Source: Occultella glacieicola
GTDB taxonomy: Bacteria > Actinomycetota > Actinomycetes > Actinomycetales > Beutenbergiaceae
DNA length: 64,000 bases
Direction: 5' to 3'
Assembly: GCF_004353825.1 (NCBI RefSeq)
Contig: NZ_SMNA01000003.1
Span: 434,001 to 498,000 of the forward strand
How positions within the stretch are numbered: the stretch's first letter is position 1; every line of letters starts with the position of its first letter. The notes beneath the pieces were generated by a model that had not been told where the DNA came from, searched no databases, and saw only the letters and a program-made list of their open reading frames with translations. Both the position numbers and the translations under genes were made by a program. Positions 32,301 to 42,624 of the stretch are shown here, one piece after another.

Positions 32301-33911
32301 GTGAGCTTACGAATGTACCGGCTGGTGGTCGTCATCATCTCGGTGCTCTTCGGGGCGATCCTGGCGCTCTGGGCCGTGTTGACGCCCGGATTCCGCGCGC
32401 CGGACGAACCGCAGCACTTCAACAGTGTGATGCGGGTGGCCACCGGCGGTGGCTGGCCGAGCCCGGGCGCCGCCACCATGAGCGACGCCACCCTGATCGC
32501 CGCGCACGAGGCGGGTCTGACCGGAGCGGACAAGTCGCTCTCGATCTTCACGTTCTCGGTGCTTCCCAGGGGAACATTGGAGGGTTGGGGACAGCAGTTC
32601 GTCGACGTCAGCCCACTGACCGCCGAGGAACGAGCGGTGCTCGACCACACCGATGACCTGCTGGACGTCCCACCGACGCTCGACCAGATGGCGCAACATC
32701 CGCCACTGTTCTATGTTCTCGGCGCGGGCCTCGTCCGCGCCGTCGGCGCGCTCGACTGGCGCTGGGATCAGCAGCTGCTCCTGCTGCGGCTGTTCTCTGC
32801 GGGACTCACCGTCTGGGTCGTGCCCCTGACCGCCGTGACCACCCGGCTCCTGACCGGGAACCGCACCGCGGCCGTTGCCGCAGCCGTCTCGGTCATCGCG
32901 GTCCCTCAGTTCGCGCACATCGGAGCCTCTGTCTCGAACGACTCACTGACGAACCTGCTCGGAGCCGGGATCGTCGCGGGGTCGGCCACCGTGATGGCGG
33001 CCAGACCGACCTGGCCCCGCGTCGTCGCACTCGGCGTGATCCTCGGGCTCGGGCTGCTGACCAAGGGGTTCCTTCTCGCCGCGATCCCGGTGGTCGCGTT
33101 CGCCGTCATCGTCGGCGCACGCGAGGACCGGCCAAGAGTTCGGCTCTCGAAGGCCTTCGTGGCCCTTGCGGTCGCCTTCGTGGTCGGAGGCTGGTGGTGG
33201 CTCCGGAATCTCCTGGTCCACCACACCCTGCAACCGAGCGGGATGCCGCTCTTCGCGCCGGACTGGGGGGATGACACGCCTACCCTCGGCGAGTTCCTCC
33301 CCGAGGCGCTCGGTCGTTCGTCCACGTCCTTCTGGGGAAACTTCGGCTGGCTCGAGGTCCCGTTGCCGCAGCCGCTCTGGCTCACTCTGACCGTGATGTG
33401 CTTTGCCGCGGTGGCCCTCGGCGTCATCGTCAGCCGGCGCCGGCTGCGGCTCGCGGTCCTGCTGATCCTCCCGCTCGGCACCCTCGCCGTCGTTTTCGGT
33501 GGCGCGTTCGCCTCCTACCAGATCAACGGGTTGTTCGGACAGTTGCAGGGTCGCTACCTGTTCTCCTCGATCGCTGTGCTTGCGGCCGCCACCTGGCTCG
33601 GGATCGACGCGATCGCACGCCGCCTCGGGCGTCGTTGGGCGCACTGGCTACCCCTGGTCGCCTCGGTGGCCTCCGTGGCGTTGGCGGCCGTGGGCCTGAT
33701 CACCTTCTTCCAGGCCTGCTACCAACTCCCCACCGAGTCCGTGATCGTCGGCCTGAACCGCTGGGCGCTGTGGTCGATCGCCGGCCGGGCCGGCGTGGTC
33801 GTCACGACCCTCGTACCGGCTCTCGCGTCCATCATCCTGGTCGGGGTCCTCGTCGTCGCGCTCAGGCGCGGCCGGAGCCTTCGCCGGGCACCGTCGGCGG
33901 TGAGCGCGTGA
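32301..33911 (+). CDS. GT-C-fold membrane glycosyltransferase (DUF2142/ArnT-like)
   Basis: PDEPQHF, QHPPLFY, SNDSL, GLLTK, WWLRN, SFWGNFGW, QGRYL; multiple TMs. Confidence 0.8.
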   Translation: MSLRMYRLVVVIISVLFGAILALWAVLTPGFRAPDEPQHFNSVMRVATGGGWPSPGAATMSDATLIAAHEAGLTGADKSLSIFTFSVLPRGTLEGWGQQFVDVSPLTAEERAVLDHTDDLLDVPPTLDQMAQHPPLFYVLGAGLVRAVGALDWRWDQQLLLLRLFSAGLTVWVVPLTAVTTRLLTGNRTAAVAAAVSVIAVPQFAHIGASVSNDSLTNLLGAGIVAGSATVMAARPTWPRVVALGVILGLGLLTKGFLLAAIPVVAFAVIVGAREDRPRVRLSKAFVALAVAFVVGGWWWLRNLLVHHTLQPSGMPLFAPDWGDDTPTLGEFLPEALGRSSTSFWGNFGWLEVPLPQPLWLTLTVMCFAAVALGVIVSRRRLRLAVLLILPLGTLAVVFGGAFASYQINGLFGQLQGRYLFSSIAVLAAATWLGIDAIARRLGRRWAHWLPLVASVASVALAAVGLITFFQACYQLPTESVIVGLNRWALWSIAGRAGVVVTTLVPALASIILVGVLVVALRRGRSLRRAPSAVSA

Positions 33912-35356
33912 GCGACGCGCACCTCGCGCCTGTCCGGTCCCGGTTCGGCTGGGAGCGCGTCGGCGTCCTGGCAGTCCTGGTGGCAACTGCCGGCTTCTCG
34001 GCGTCCGTGGCGCTGGCCGTGCCGATGTTCGGAACCGCGGACGAGTCGGCCCACTTCGACTACGCCTACCAGGTCTGGCGCGGGATGCTGCCGACGTTCG
34101 AGGGCGGCCTGGTGATCCGGCCACCGTTCGGCTCGGTGCCCCCGGTGCAGTGGGTGTCGCAGCATCCTCCGCTGTTCTACCTGATCCTCGCGCCCGTGAT
34201 CGGGCCGCTGACCGACGCCGACCACATGCTGCGCGCAGGGTTCGCGGCGCGTGCCGTCAACATCGCGATCACCGTCGCGTTCGTGGCCGCGGTGATGTGG
34301 GCGTCGCGGAAACTGGCACCCGGGCGTCCACGGCTCGCGCTCACGACAGGGATCGTGGCCGGCTCGTCCGCCTGGGTCACCGGTGTCGGCGGCGCGGTCT
34401 ACAACGACATCCTCGCCGCACTCCTGTGCGCGCTGCTCCTCGGCGTCACGGCGCGATCGCTCCGTTCGGAGGCGCTCACGTGGCGGGACACGGCCCTGAT
34501 CGCCGCTCTCGGCTCGCTCGGGATGTTGAGCCGTGCCTCCGTTGCGATCGTGCTGGCGCTGTGTCTGGCGGCACTGGTCGTTCGGAGTGCCCTCGGCCCG
34601 GCGCCGGGGCGGGTGCGGCGCGTCGGTCGCGGGCTGCTGCAGGCGACGATCGCCGGGTGCGTCGTGCTCGCATCCGCACTCTGGTTCTACCTTCACCTCC
34701 TCGAGACCACGGGCACGCTGACCGGTGGCAATATCGAGTGGTTCCGGGCCCGCCTGGGCCGAGTGGAGCGCCCGATCCCTGAACTCGTCGCCGACCCGGA
34801 CGCCTGGTGGCAGTTGCTGCGCTTCTTCGGTCACGGCCGATTCGGCACCTTCCCGGTCGAGCTCATGACGACGGCGTGCCTGCTCCTGCCTGTGGCTGTC
34901 GGCCTGATCTTCCTCCGGCGGCTCCGAACCACGATGCCGGCCGATGCCGTGGTTGGCGCGCTGGCGGCGGCCTTGGTCCTGGCGTCCCTTGCCCAACAGT
35001 TCGGCTACGCCTCTGGCGGGGGCCAGCTCAGCCCGAGGTACCTCCTGCCGGTCGCGACCGTGGTGTTCGTGCTCATCGCCCATGGGCTCACCGCTGTCGC
35101 ACGCGCTCGGTGGCTCCCCACGGCGGTGTGGCTCGTCGTCGTGAACGTCCAATACCTCGACTGGCTCCGCGAGTACGTCACGGCGGTTCCCCAGGCCCGC
35201 GTCGCCCCGATCCTCCCTGGCGCCGCTGTGGCGGCCACGGCGCTCGCCATTGCCGCGATCGTCGTCGCAGTGATCGCCTGTGACCGACTCCCTGCCCCAC
35301 GCCACCGCCCCGCCGCTGCCAACCACGGTGACCTCACCGGACGCGTTGACCGGTGA
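33908..35356 (+). CDS. Second GT-C-fold membrane glycosyltransferase
   Basis: GTGA overlap; ADESAHFDY, QHPPLFY, YNDIL, SPRYLLP; multiple TMs. Confidence 0.78.
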   Translation: MSDAHLAPVRSRFGWERVGVLAVLVATAGFSASVALAVPMFGTADESAHFDYAYQVWRGMLPTFEGGLVIRPPFGSVPPVQWVSQHPPLFYLILAPVIGPLTDADHMLRAGFAARAVNIAITVAFVAAVMWASRKLAPGRPRLALTTGIVAGSSAWVTGVGGAVYNDILAALLCALLLGVTARSLRSEALTWRDTALIAALGSLGMLSRASVAIVLALCLAALVVRSALGPAPGRVRRVGRGLLQATIAGCVVLASALWFYLHLLETTGTLTGGNIEWFRARLGRVERPIPELVADPDAWWQLLRFFGHGRFGTFPVELMTTACLLLPVAVGLIFLRRLRTTMPADAVVGALAAALVLASLAQQFGYASGGGQLSPRYLLPVATVVFVLIAHGLTAVARARWLPTAVWLVVVNVQYLDWLREYVTAVPQARVAPILPGAAVAATALAIAAIVVAVIACDRLPAPRHRPAAANHGDLTGRVDR

Positions 35357-35452
35357 AGGCGGCTCATGCGGCTGCTCCGGCCGCCGACGACAGCTTCCGT
35401 TCGTCACCGGACCGCTGCAGCGCGCAGGGCTGCGCGGCTAGAGTACGTGCCA

Positions 35453-36457
35453 ATGACGCCATCCTCGCCTGACGCCGAACCGGCGGTACCGCAGGAAGCA
35501 GGCCAGGACAACCACCCTCGGCTCAGGGTCGCGGTGCGGGTCGTGGGAATCGTGGCCGCAGTGGCGGCGCTGACCCTGTGCACCATCGCGCTGGTCGACT
35601 CCTGGTCCACCGTCTCGACGGCGGTTGCCTCCGCCGATCCGCGATGGCTCGCGCTCGCCCTCCTCGCGAGTGCGGCGTCGATGGTCGGTCTGGCCGTGTT
35701 GTGGAAGCGCACGTTGACGACGTTCGGTGCCGTACACCCGATCCGCGAGGTCTCGAGCTGGTACTTCGTGGGCGAACTTGGCAAGTACATCCCCGGCGGC
35801 ATCTGGCCCGTGGTCGGTCGGGGGGAACTGGCCGCTCGGGCCGGCGTGTCGCGGGGCCTCGCCTACACCAGCACCCTGCTCTCACTCGCCCTGATGTGCG
35901 TGGGCGCCGCTCTGGCGTCCGGACTGTTGGCGCCTTTCCTCGCCGCCGACGGGGGTCGGGTCGGGCCGGAGATGGCGCTGCTGGTTCTGGTGCCCATCGG
36001 AGTGATCTGTGCCCATCCGTCAGTGTCAGGACGGATGCTGGCCCTACTCGATCGGTTCACGAAGGGGCGCGTCCGGGTCGCCGCACCACCGTTCCGGACG
36101 ATGCTCTCGCTGATCCTGGGTGCCGTTCCCACCTGGCTGCTCGTCGGCGCGGCCTCGGTGGCGGTAACGCAGGCCCTGGGATACGAGCAACTCCCGGCTC
36201 GGATCGCGTTCGCAGCGATCGCTGCCTGGATCGTCGGATTCCTCGCAGTTCCGGTCCCCGCCGGCGCGGGTATCCGCGAGATCCTGTTCGTGGCGATCTC
36301 GGGTCTGGAACCCGGACCCGCGGTCGCCGTGGCCGCGATCGCGCGCCTCCTGCTGATGGTCGTCGACGCCGGAGGCGGTATTCTGGGCCTGCTCTGGCTC
36401 CGAGCAGCGCGCGGACCGCAGACCCCCACTCCCCCGGAAGGCGGCTCGGTTGAGTAA
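35453..36457 (+). CDS. LPG-synthase-TM / flippase-like membrane protein
   Basis: GELGKYIPGGIW and PAGAGIRE motifs; multiple TMs. Confidence 0.8.
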   Translation: MTPSSPDAEPAVPQEAGQDNHPRLRVAVRVVGIVAAVAALTLCTIALVDSWSTVSTAVASADPRWLALALLASAASMVGLAVLWKRTLTTFGAVHPIREVSSWYFVGELGKYIPGGIWPVVGRGELAARAGVSRGLAYTSTLLSLALMCVGAALASGLLAPFLAADGGRVGPEMALLVLVPIGVICAHPSVSGRMLALLDRFTKGRVRVAAPPFRTMLSLILGAVPTWLLVGAASVAVTQALGYEQLPARIAFAAIAAWIVGFLAVPVPAGAGIREILFVAISGLEPGPAVAVAAIARLLLMVVDAGGGILGLLWLRAARGPQTPTPPEGGSVE

Positions 36458-37175
36458 CCTGCCCTACCTGGTCAAGAGCACCTATGCGAAGGCCATGCGC
36501 GCCTCGGGGCGGTTGTTGACGAGAGCGAAGATCCTTGACGCCGAGCCGCCGGAACGCAGCAGACGCCTGCAGCACTGGGCGTACAGCCTCACTCGGGTCC
36601 ATGACTCGCTGGCCATCGTCGACCTCGGGGTGCCGTGGTGGACCTATGACGCGATCGACCACATCGAACAGGTTCTGACGTCGCGCGATGGCGATGTTCG
36701 GGTCTTCGAGTACGGCTCCGGCGCCAGCACGTTCTGGTTGGCCGAGCGAGCCCGGGAGGTTCACTCCGTGGAGCACCACGTGGGGTTCGCCGCGAGGATC
36801 GGTCCCGAACTGGCCACGCTCGACGACGTCACTTTCCATGTCGTCGAGCCTGAGCCGTCGAAGCAGCCGGCGATCGGTTCGTCGAAGTCCGGAAACGCCG
36901 GTCTGGACTTCCGGGCGTACGTGGCGACCATCGACGCGGTCGGGGGCCTCTTCGACGTGGTGGTGATCGACGGCCGCGCGCGTGCTGCCTGCCTGGAAGC
37001 CGCCATTCCTCACCTGGTGGATGACGGCATCATCATTTTCGACAATTCTCGGCGTCGCAGGTATCGCACGGCCATTGAACAGTCTGGATTGCGAGAGGCC
37101 CGGTTCACGGGCCTCACCCCGACGTTGCCCTATCCGGAGCAGACGTCGGTATTGACGAAGCCTGCCCGGCGCTAG
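36450..37175 (+). CDS. Class I SAM-dependent methyltransferase
   Basis: PWWTYDAI, VFEYGSGAST, SVEH, FDVVVIDGRAR, GIIIFDN. Confidence 0.82.
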   Translation: MSNLPYLVKSTYAKAMRASGRLLTRAKILDAEPPERSRRLQHWAYSLTRVHDSLAIVDLGVPWWTYDAIDHIEQVLTSRDGDVRVFEYGSGASTFWLAERAREVHSVEHHVGFAARIGPELATLDDVTFHVVEPEPSKQPAIGSSKSGNAGLDFRAYVATIDAVGGLFDVVVIDGRARAACLEAAIPHLVDDGIIIFDNSRRRRYRTAIEQSGLREARFTGLTPTLPYPEQTSVLTKPARR

Positions 37176-39232
37176 GACCGGGCGACGTCCCGGACGGCTT
37201 GGAGGTAGGTGCGCCCGAACCGGTCGGTTGGCTCCAGGATGGCACCCTCGGCCCACTCGTTCCATGCGTTGATGAACACGATCCGTTCCTGTGCGGGTCG
37301 GTGCGCGACGGCGTGGACGCACTCCGCGAGCCAGCGGCGGAACGTGAAGGGGTTGGATCCGTACCAGATATCCGGCCGCCACTGTCGGCGCGCGGTGTTG
37401 TCGAACGTGACCATGACTCCGGGATAGAAGTCGTCCGGCATGGTTCGCAGCTTCTTGATCGCCTCCGTCACGAGGGCGCCATAGCTCATCAGGTTTCCAC
37501 GGAACGCCGGGTCCAGGGACAGACGCTCCGCGGGGCCCGCCACCCAGGACAGGTTGTGCGGGGGAAAGCCGAGTGTTCCGTCCAGTCCATAGTCCGACGG
37601 TTGTGAGGCCAACCCGTCGAACTCCTCCGCCACGTTCACCGAGAGCAGGAGGAGCTCACCGATGCCGGCTGCGCGCGCACGCTCGCGCCAGGTCGCGGCC
37701 ACAGCGGGGAAGTCCGGAATCTGGCCGGGCCGGTAGATGGCCAGCACCGCCCTGCCACTCACACGCAAGTACCGGTGGTCACTCAACAGCGGCGCGACGT
37801 CGTCGATGAACTGCTCGGCCGGGACCTCGTCATAGTTCTGACCGATCAGGACGTCACTGGAGCGGCCGTCCCAGCGTCGGGTCCAGTTCTCGTTCGCCCA
37901 CATCAGGCAGAAGGGTTGTTCGACGTCACCTGCCACGAGCTTGTTCACCGGCAGCTCGAGGAGCTGCCGCCCGGCGAACCAGTAGTGGTAGTACATGAAG
38001 CCGGCGATCTCGTGTTCGGTGGCCAGTTCGCGCTGCTGCTCCCGGACCGCGTCGAGCCGCAGGTCGTAGAAGCCGAGCTCGGTCGGGAACCGGGGCTGGT
38101 GCTGCCCGCGATACACGGGTCTGGCCGCCGTGACGTTCGTCCACTCGGTGAAGCCCTTGCCCCACCAGATGTCGTTCTCCACGGTGGGATGGAATTGGGG
38201 CAGGTAGAACGGCACGAACCGGGCGGCCGGGGTGCGTGTGGTGGCGAGGGCGAATCGTGCCCACGCGTCCTCCGGTGCCTGTTGCGCGTGGAGCCGACCG
38301 GAGTCCTCGACGGTCAGGCCGGCCTCTCGGGTGAGGATCCCGATCGAGCGTTCCAGTGCATGCGCCGTGGTGCCGTCGATGTGGGAGGCGTGCTCGTCCT
38401 CGAAGTCGACGGCGGTCAGGTTCAAGGCCCTGAGGCCCTGCAGCACGAATGCCTTCACCCAGTACATCGAGCCGGCAGCGAACCGAAGGTCGTCGTGGAC
38501 CACGTCGAACTCGAGCCGACGCAGCAGCTCACGAGTGAGTGGCTCGTCCGCGCCCCAATGCTCCGGCCCCATGACGTTTCCCTCGGCCGTCATCAGACCG
38601 AGGTTCGGATCGTCCGCGAACGCGCTCAGGATCGCCCTGATCCGGTCGCCGTCGCCCACGAGCTCCTCGACGAAACCCGCCCGCCAGGCGTCCCCCGAGC
38701 CCTCGAGATCCGTCCGCGCGGTCCGCCAGGCGCTCTTCTTGGTATGGAGTTTCAGCACGAGTTCGTACGGGTCGAGGATGCCGGCGTTGACGACCTGCAC
38801 GAGAGGAAAGATGTCCCGGCCGCGGTTCTCGGTGTCGAACGAGACGGTGTTGCGCAGCATCGGGGCACTGCACGCATCGAGGTCCAGCGGTCGACCCGAA
38901 CTGTTGGTCACGATCAGGTCGAACTCGACGGGCATGGCCTCCAGCTTGCGCAGGAGTTCGGGCAGCAGTTCGGGGTAGAAGACATGGAGGAGGACCGCGA
39001 CCCGGGATGGCACCTCGAGCGGGAGTTGCGAGTCGACCCGCCAGCTGTCCGGATGTCCCGAGGCCTTGCGGCCGGCGCCCCGACGCAGCCATGCCCCGAA
39101 GTCGACTGCGGCTCGCGCCCCCTCCCCGCCGGGCAGGGTGCCGTCCTGCAGGTAGGTGACCACCACCCCCTTCGCGATCCCGCGGTAGCGCGCCAGCCTC
39201 CGGCGCACGCCGGCGACCGTGATCCGCCTCAT
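37172..39232 (-). CDS. RgpF-like (rhamnan synthesis F) domain fused to WbsX/GH99-like domain
   Basis: LHVFYPEL, ENRGRDIFP, KLHTKKS, AGSMYW, DGTTAHALER; then FYLPQFHP..END.WWGKGFTEWTNV, WANENWTRRWDG, FINAWNEWAEG..LEP. Confidence 0.85.
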   Translation of the reverse strand: MRRITVAGVRRRLARYRGIAKGVVVTYLQDGTLPGGEGARAAVDFGAWLRRGAGRKASGHPDSWRVDSQLPLEVPSRVAVLLHVFYPELLPELLRKLEAMPVEFDLIVTNSSGRPLDLDACSAPMLRNTVSFDTENRGRDIFPLVQVVNAGILDPYELVLKLHTKKSAWRTARTDLEGSGDAWRAGFVEELVGDGDRIRAILSAFADDPNLGLMTAEGNVMGPEHWGADEPLTRELLRRLEFDVVHDDLRFAAGSMYWVKAFVLQGLRALNLTAVDFEDEHASHIDGTTAHALERSIGILTREAGLTVEDSGRLHAQQAPEDAWARFALATTRTPAARFVPFYLPQFHPTVENDIWWGKGFTEWTNVTAARPVYRGQHQPRFPTELGFYDLRLDAVREQQRELATEHEIAGFMYYHYWFAGRQLLELPVNKLVAGDVEQPFCLMWANENWTRRWDGRSSDVLIGQNYDEVPAEQFIDDVAPLLSDHRYLRVSGRAVLAIYRPGQIPDFPAVAATWRERARAAGIGELLLLSVNVAEEFDGLASQPSDYGLDGTLGFPPHNLSWVAGPAERLSLDPAFRGNLMSYGALVTEAIKKLRTMPDDFYPGVMVTFDNTARRQWRPDIWYGSNPFTFRRWLAECVHAVAHRPAQERIVFINAWNEWAEGAILEPTDRFGRTYLQAVRDVARS

Positions 39233-39242
39233 CTGTCCTCAC

Positions 39243-40073
39243 CTACAGCCACTCGTCGATCTCCTCCCCGTAGGTCGCCCGGACGACGTCGACGATCGTG
39301 TCCGTGTCCGGACCGGTCGAGGGATCCGTGATCAGGGTTCGCTTGACGAAGGGGAGACCGCTCAGTAGCAGGGGGCGCCACGCCGCGAGGGTCGGGTTGA
39401 CCGCGTCCGGCGTGAGGTCGTGGGAGCGGAACCGGCAGGTGAGCGCATAGCCGGCGGAGACACAGGCACGGCTCAGGCCGAGTTCGTAGCGCCGAACGAC
39501 GTCCATCTTGGTCGCTTCCACCCGGATTCCGCGGAAGAAGTCGCGCAGGGGCGCCTCGGCCAAGATGCCGCGCCGGAAGCCGACGAAGTAGCTCTGGAAG
39601 TGGTGGCCGATCTGCCAGGAGTCGGTCATCGTCCACACGTCCGCGCCCGTGGCCTCGTAGTCCGCAATCAGTGGGCCGATCGAGGCGAAGGGACCGACCA
39701 TCGAGTCGTTCGTCAGGACCACGTGGTCGAGGCCGGCTAGGTGGGGAAAGGTGTCAAGCCCAACGGACCAGGACCCGAAGTCGTAGCCGAGGTTTCGCCG
39801 CCGCGCGACCGCGACACCGACCGGCGGGGGCATGGACCAGAAGAGTTCCGCGTCGTGCGGCGCAGTCGAGATCACGAGGCACGTGTATCCGTGCTCGACG
39901 AACTCGCGCAAGTACTCGGTCAGGGATCGACACACCCGGCCGTCCGGACTGTACTGCGCGACGATCGCGACCTTCTTCGCCGCTGCGAGGACCTCGGACG
40001 CCCCCGGATCCAGGCGAACCTCGCCACCGGGGCCGGCGAGGACCCGTGGCCGCTTTGCGCTGAACAGTCCCAC
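39243..40073 (-). CDS. RgpF-family (rhamnan synthesis) protein
   Basis: RRNLGYDFGSW, LTNDSMVGP, HFQSYF, RYELGLS, LPFVKR. Confidence 0.8.
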   Translation of the reverse strand: MGLFSAKRPRVLAGPGGEVRLDPGASEVLAAAKKVAIVAQYSPDGRVCRSLTEYLREFVEHGYTCLVISTAPHDAELFWSMPPPVGVAVARRRNLGYDFGSWSVGLDTFPHLAGLDHVVLTNDSMVGPFASIGPLIADYEATGADVWTMTDSWQIGHHFQSYFVGFRRGILAEAPLRDFFRGIRVEATKMDVVRRYELGLSRACVSAGYALTCRFRSHDLTPDAVNPTLAAWRPLLLSGLPFVKRTLITDPSTGPDTDTIVDVVRATYGEEIDEWL

Positions 40074-40075
40074 GA

Positions 40076-41365
40076 TCAGCGGCTCATCCGCCGTCGGACG
40101 GCACGGATCGGTGCCGTCAAGCGCCAGGACACCGATCCGCGCATCAGACGGATCTGTTCCCAGCTCTCCAGTACTCGACCGTTGGCCGAGGACAGTTCCG
40201 ACTGCAGCCGCTCCAGCTCGGCGTTGGTCTGGACGGACTCCTGCCGCATGCGCTGTAGGGCCAGCCTCGCGCTGCGGTCGTTCTCGATGGCCTCGGTCGC
40301 CGACCGTTCAGTGGCCCGTCCCATCTCGTCTCGGAGCGCGGCGACCTCGCCGCGGATCGCTTCCAGTTCCGCCTGGAGTTGGTCGCGTGACGCAAGCGCG
40401 TCGGCAAGGTAGGACTCAGCGAGCCGGTCCGAGCGAAGGTAGGACGAACTTCCCGCCACCTCGCTGAACGGACGGAAACGCTCCGCCTTGTCGAGCACCA
40501 CCACGGAGTCGTAGACGTGCAGACCGTCGAGGTGCGTCGCCCAGATCGACCTACGGTCGATCGCCGCGTCGTATCGGGCGTGCTCGTCGTCGACGCGGTC
40601 CTTGACCCACTCGATGAACGTGCCCGCACGCTTCCGGCCGCCTTGGTAGTAGTCCCAGTACGAAGTGTGGCAGTCCTCGACGATGAAGGTGCCGCCATCC
40701 AACATGAGCGGGAACATCGTCTCGGCTGTGACGATCTGCTGTGCCATGGTGTGACCACCGTCGTCGATGACGATGTCGAACGGCCCGTGCTCGGCGTTGA
40801 CACGGCGCAGCACCTCCGGGTCCTCCTGGTCACCGAGCTCGACCAGGTAGCGGCCGTTGACGGCGCGGACGGCAGCCTCGTCGACGTCGAGGCCGACCAC
40901 GGTCGCCTCAGGTCCGAAGTACTGCTGCCACATATCGAGGCCGCCCCCCCGATAGACACCGATCTCAAGGACACGGACCGGCGTACCCCGATGGCGTTCG
41001 AGGTGGCGGTGGTACACCGGGAAGTAGTGGATCCACTTGTCGAGGATGGCGCCCGAGCGGTGCGCGAGGTAGTGCGCATACAAAGGGTTCGATGCCAGCG
41101 CCTCGGCGCGGCCGGAGAAATAGAACGCGGCTCGGTAGCACTCGTTCGCGTGGTCATGGGGCAACGCATGATCCCGGAACACGTCACCGAGTGCTCGGGC
41201 CCTGTCGGCCGCCGTCGCCGTGACGAGGGCCGCAGCCAGGTCCGCCCTGATCTCGTCTGCCGGCGCCCAGTTCGCGGTCAGCGCCGCCATCGCCCCGTCG
41301 GCGTCGTCCATCGAGAGCAGGAACAACGCCCGCGAGACGTCAGCCAGTTCAACGTGACCCGTCAT
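40076..41365 (-). CDS. Sugar O-methyltransferase with C-terminal coiled coil and amphipathic SWRLTAP tail
   Basis: DKWIHYF, VLEIGVYRGG, DIVIDDGGH, GGTFIVED; heptad-rich segment; GSVSWRLTAPIRAVRR end; ATGA overlap with wzt. Confidence 0.82.
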   Translation of the reverse strand: MTGHVELADVSRALFLLSMDDADGAMAALTANWAPADEIRADLAAALVTATAADRARALGDVFRDHALPHDHANECYRAAFYFSGRAEALASNPLYAHYLAHRSGAILDKWIHYFPVYHRHLERHRGTPVRVLEIGVYRGGGLDMWQQYFGPEATVVGLDVDEAAVRAVNGRYLVELGDQEDPEVLRRVNAEHGPFDIVIDDGGHTMAQQIVTAETMFPLMLDGGTFIVEDCHTSYWDYYQGGRKRAGTFIEWVKDRVDDEHARYDAAIDRRSIWATHLDGLHVYDSVVVLDKAERFRPFSEVAGSSSYLRSDRLAESYLADALASRDQLQAELEAIRGEVAALRDEMGRATERSATEAIENDRSARLALQRMRQESVQTNAELERLQSELSSANGRVLESWEQIRLMRGSVSWRLTAPIRAVRRRMSR

Positions 41366-42624
41366 GCTCGTCCTTCCACCGGTGCCGACGGTTCGGCACT
41401 CCACCGTCCGATCATCCGGGTGAGGCCGGGCTCCCGCACTGCGTGGTCGGCGCGCACCCGCAGTTCGGTCTCGCGGTCCGAGTAGTCGTAGGTGTGGCCC
41501 TTGTCCACGATCGCCGTGCTGATGCTGAAGGCTCCGGGCTGGAGAGGGAATGCGGCACTGTGGAAGTCGATGAAGCCCTCTCCGGGCTCGACGTCATAGG
41601 TGCGGTCGTTCTGCATCGAGTTCGGACCCGCAACCGTGATGCCGGACTCGTGGATGAAGGCCAGCCCGAAGGTCAGTTCGCGTAGAGATCGGGTACTCCG
41701 GTAGTGCACGCGCACGGTGCACGTCTCGCCAGGGGTGACGAATGCGGTCTCGACTCCGGATGCGTCATGGAGCGTCACCTTCGTCATCCGGATCTCGCCC
41801 GAACCCGCGCGCGGCACGGACGGTGCCACGGTAGCCCCGCCATCCGGGTGCGAACCGGCCGCCTCCGCCTCGGCCCGAGACGCCGACTCCTTCGCGTTCA
41901 CGTCGAGCAGGTATCCGTTGATCACTTCACTGACGTCGCCGAGTTCCCGCGGCCGCCCGTGGTCGAGCCAGATGCCCTGGTCGCAGAGTTCGGCCGCGAG
42001 GGTGAGCGAGTGTGTCACGAGGACGATCGTCGTTCCACGACGCCGGAGCTCGAACAGGTGGTCGAAGCATTTGCGCTGGAACTCCTCGTCGCCGACGGCG
42101 ATGATCTCGTCGACGATGAGGATCTCGGGATCCAAGGTCACCGCCACACTGAACCCGAGCCGGACGTACATGCCGGAGGAGTAGACCTTCACCGGCGAGT
42201 CGATGAACTCGCCGATCCCGGCGAAGTCGATGATCTGGTCGATCGACCGGTCGATCTGCTTCTTGGAGAGTCCGAGGATGGCGCCGTTCAGATAGACGTT
42301 CTCGCGTCCGGTCAGTTCACCGTGGAATCCCGCGCCGAGTTCGAGCAGGGCCGAGACCCGGCCGTCGACGAGGACCTGTCCGGCCGACGGTCGGTAGACG
42401 CCGGCGAGGATCTTCAACAGGGTCGATTTCCCCGACCCGTTGTGTCCGATCAGACCGAAGGTGGAGCCCCGGGGCACTTCGAACGAGACGTCCCGGAGTG
42501 CGTGGAAGTCATGGACTCCCGGGGCCTTGCCGCGGACGAAGATCTCCTTGATCGAGTTCCGCCGCTCGGTGTGGAGCCGGAACGTCTTGCTGAGGTGATC
42601 GACCTTGATGGCGACGTCGGTCAC
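41362..42624 (-). CDS. wzt: Polysaccharide ABC exporter ATPase with C-terminal Wzt_C domain
   Basis: GHNGSGKST, YSSGMYVRLGF, ILIVDE..AVGD..FQ.KC; C-terminal domain starting GSGEIRM. Confidence 0.93.
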   Translation of the reverse strand: MTDVAIKVDHLSKTFRLHTERRNSIKEIFVRGKAPGVHDFHALRDVSFEVPRGSTFGLIGHNGSGKSTLLKILAGVYRPSAGQVLVDGRVSALLELGAGFHGELTGRENVYLNGAILGLSKKQIDRSIDQIIDFAGIGEFIDSPVKVYSSGMYVRLGFSVAVTLDPEILIVDEIIAVGDEEFQRKCFDHLFELRRRGTTIVLVTHSLTLAAELCDQGIWLDHGRPRELGDVSEVINGYLLDVNAKESASRAEAEAAGSHPDGGATVAPSVPRAGSGEIRMTKVTLHDASGVETAFVTPGETCTVRVHYRSTRSLRELTFGLAFIHESGITVAGPNSMQNDRTYDVEPGEGFIDFHSAAFPLQPGAFSISTAIVDKGHTYDYSDRETELRVRADHAVREPGLTRMIGRWSAEPSAPVEGRA

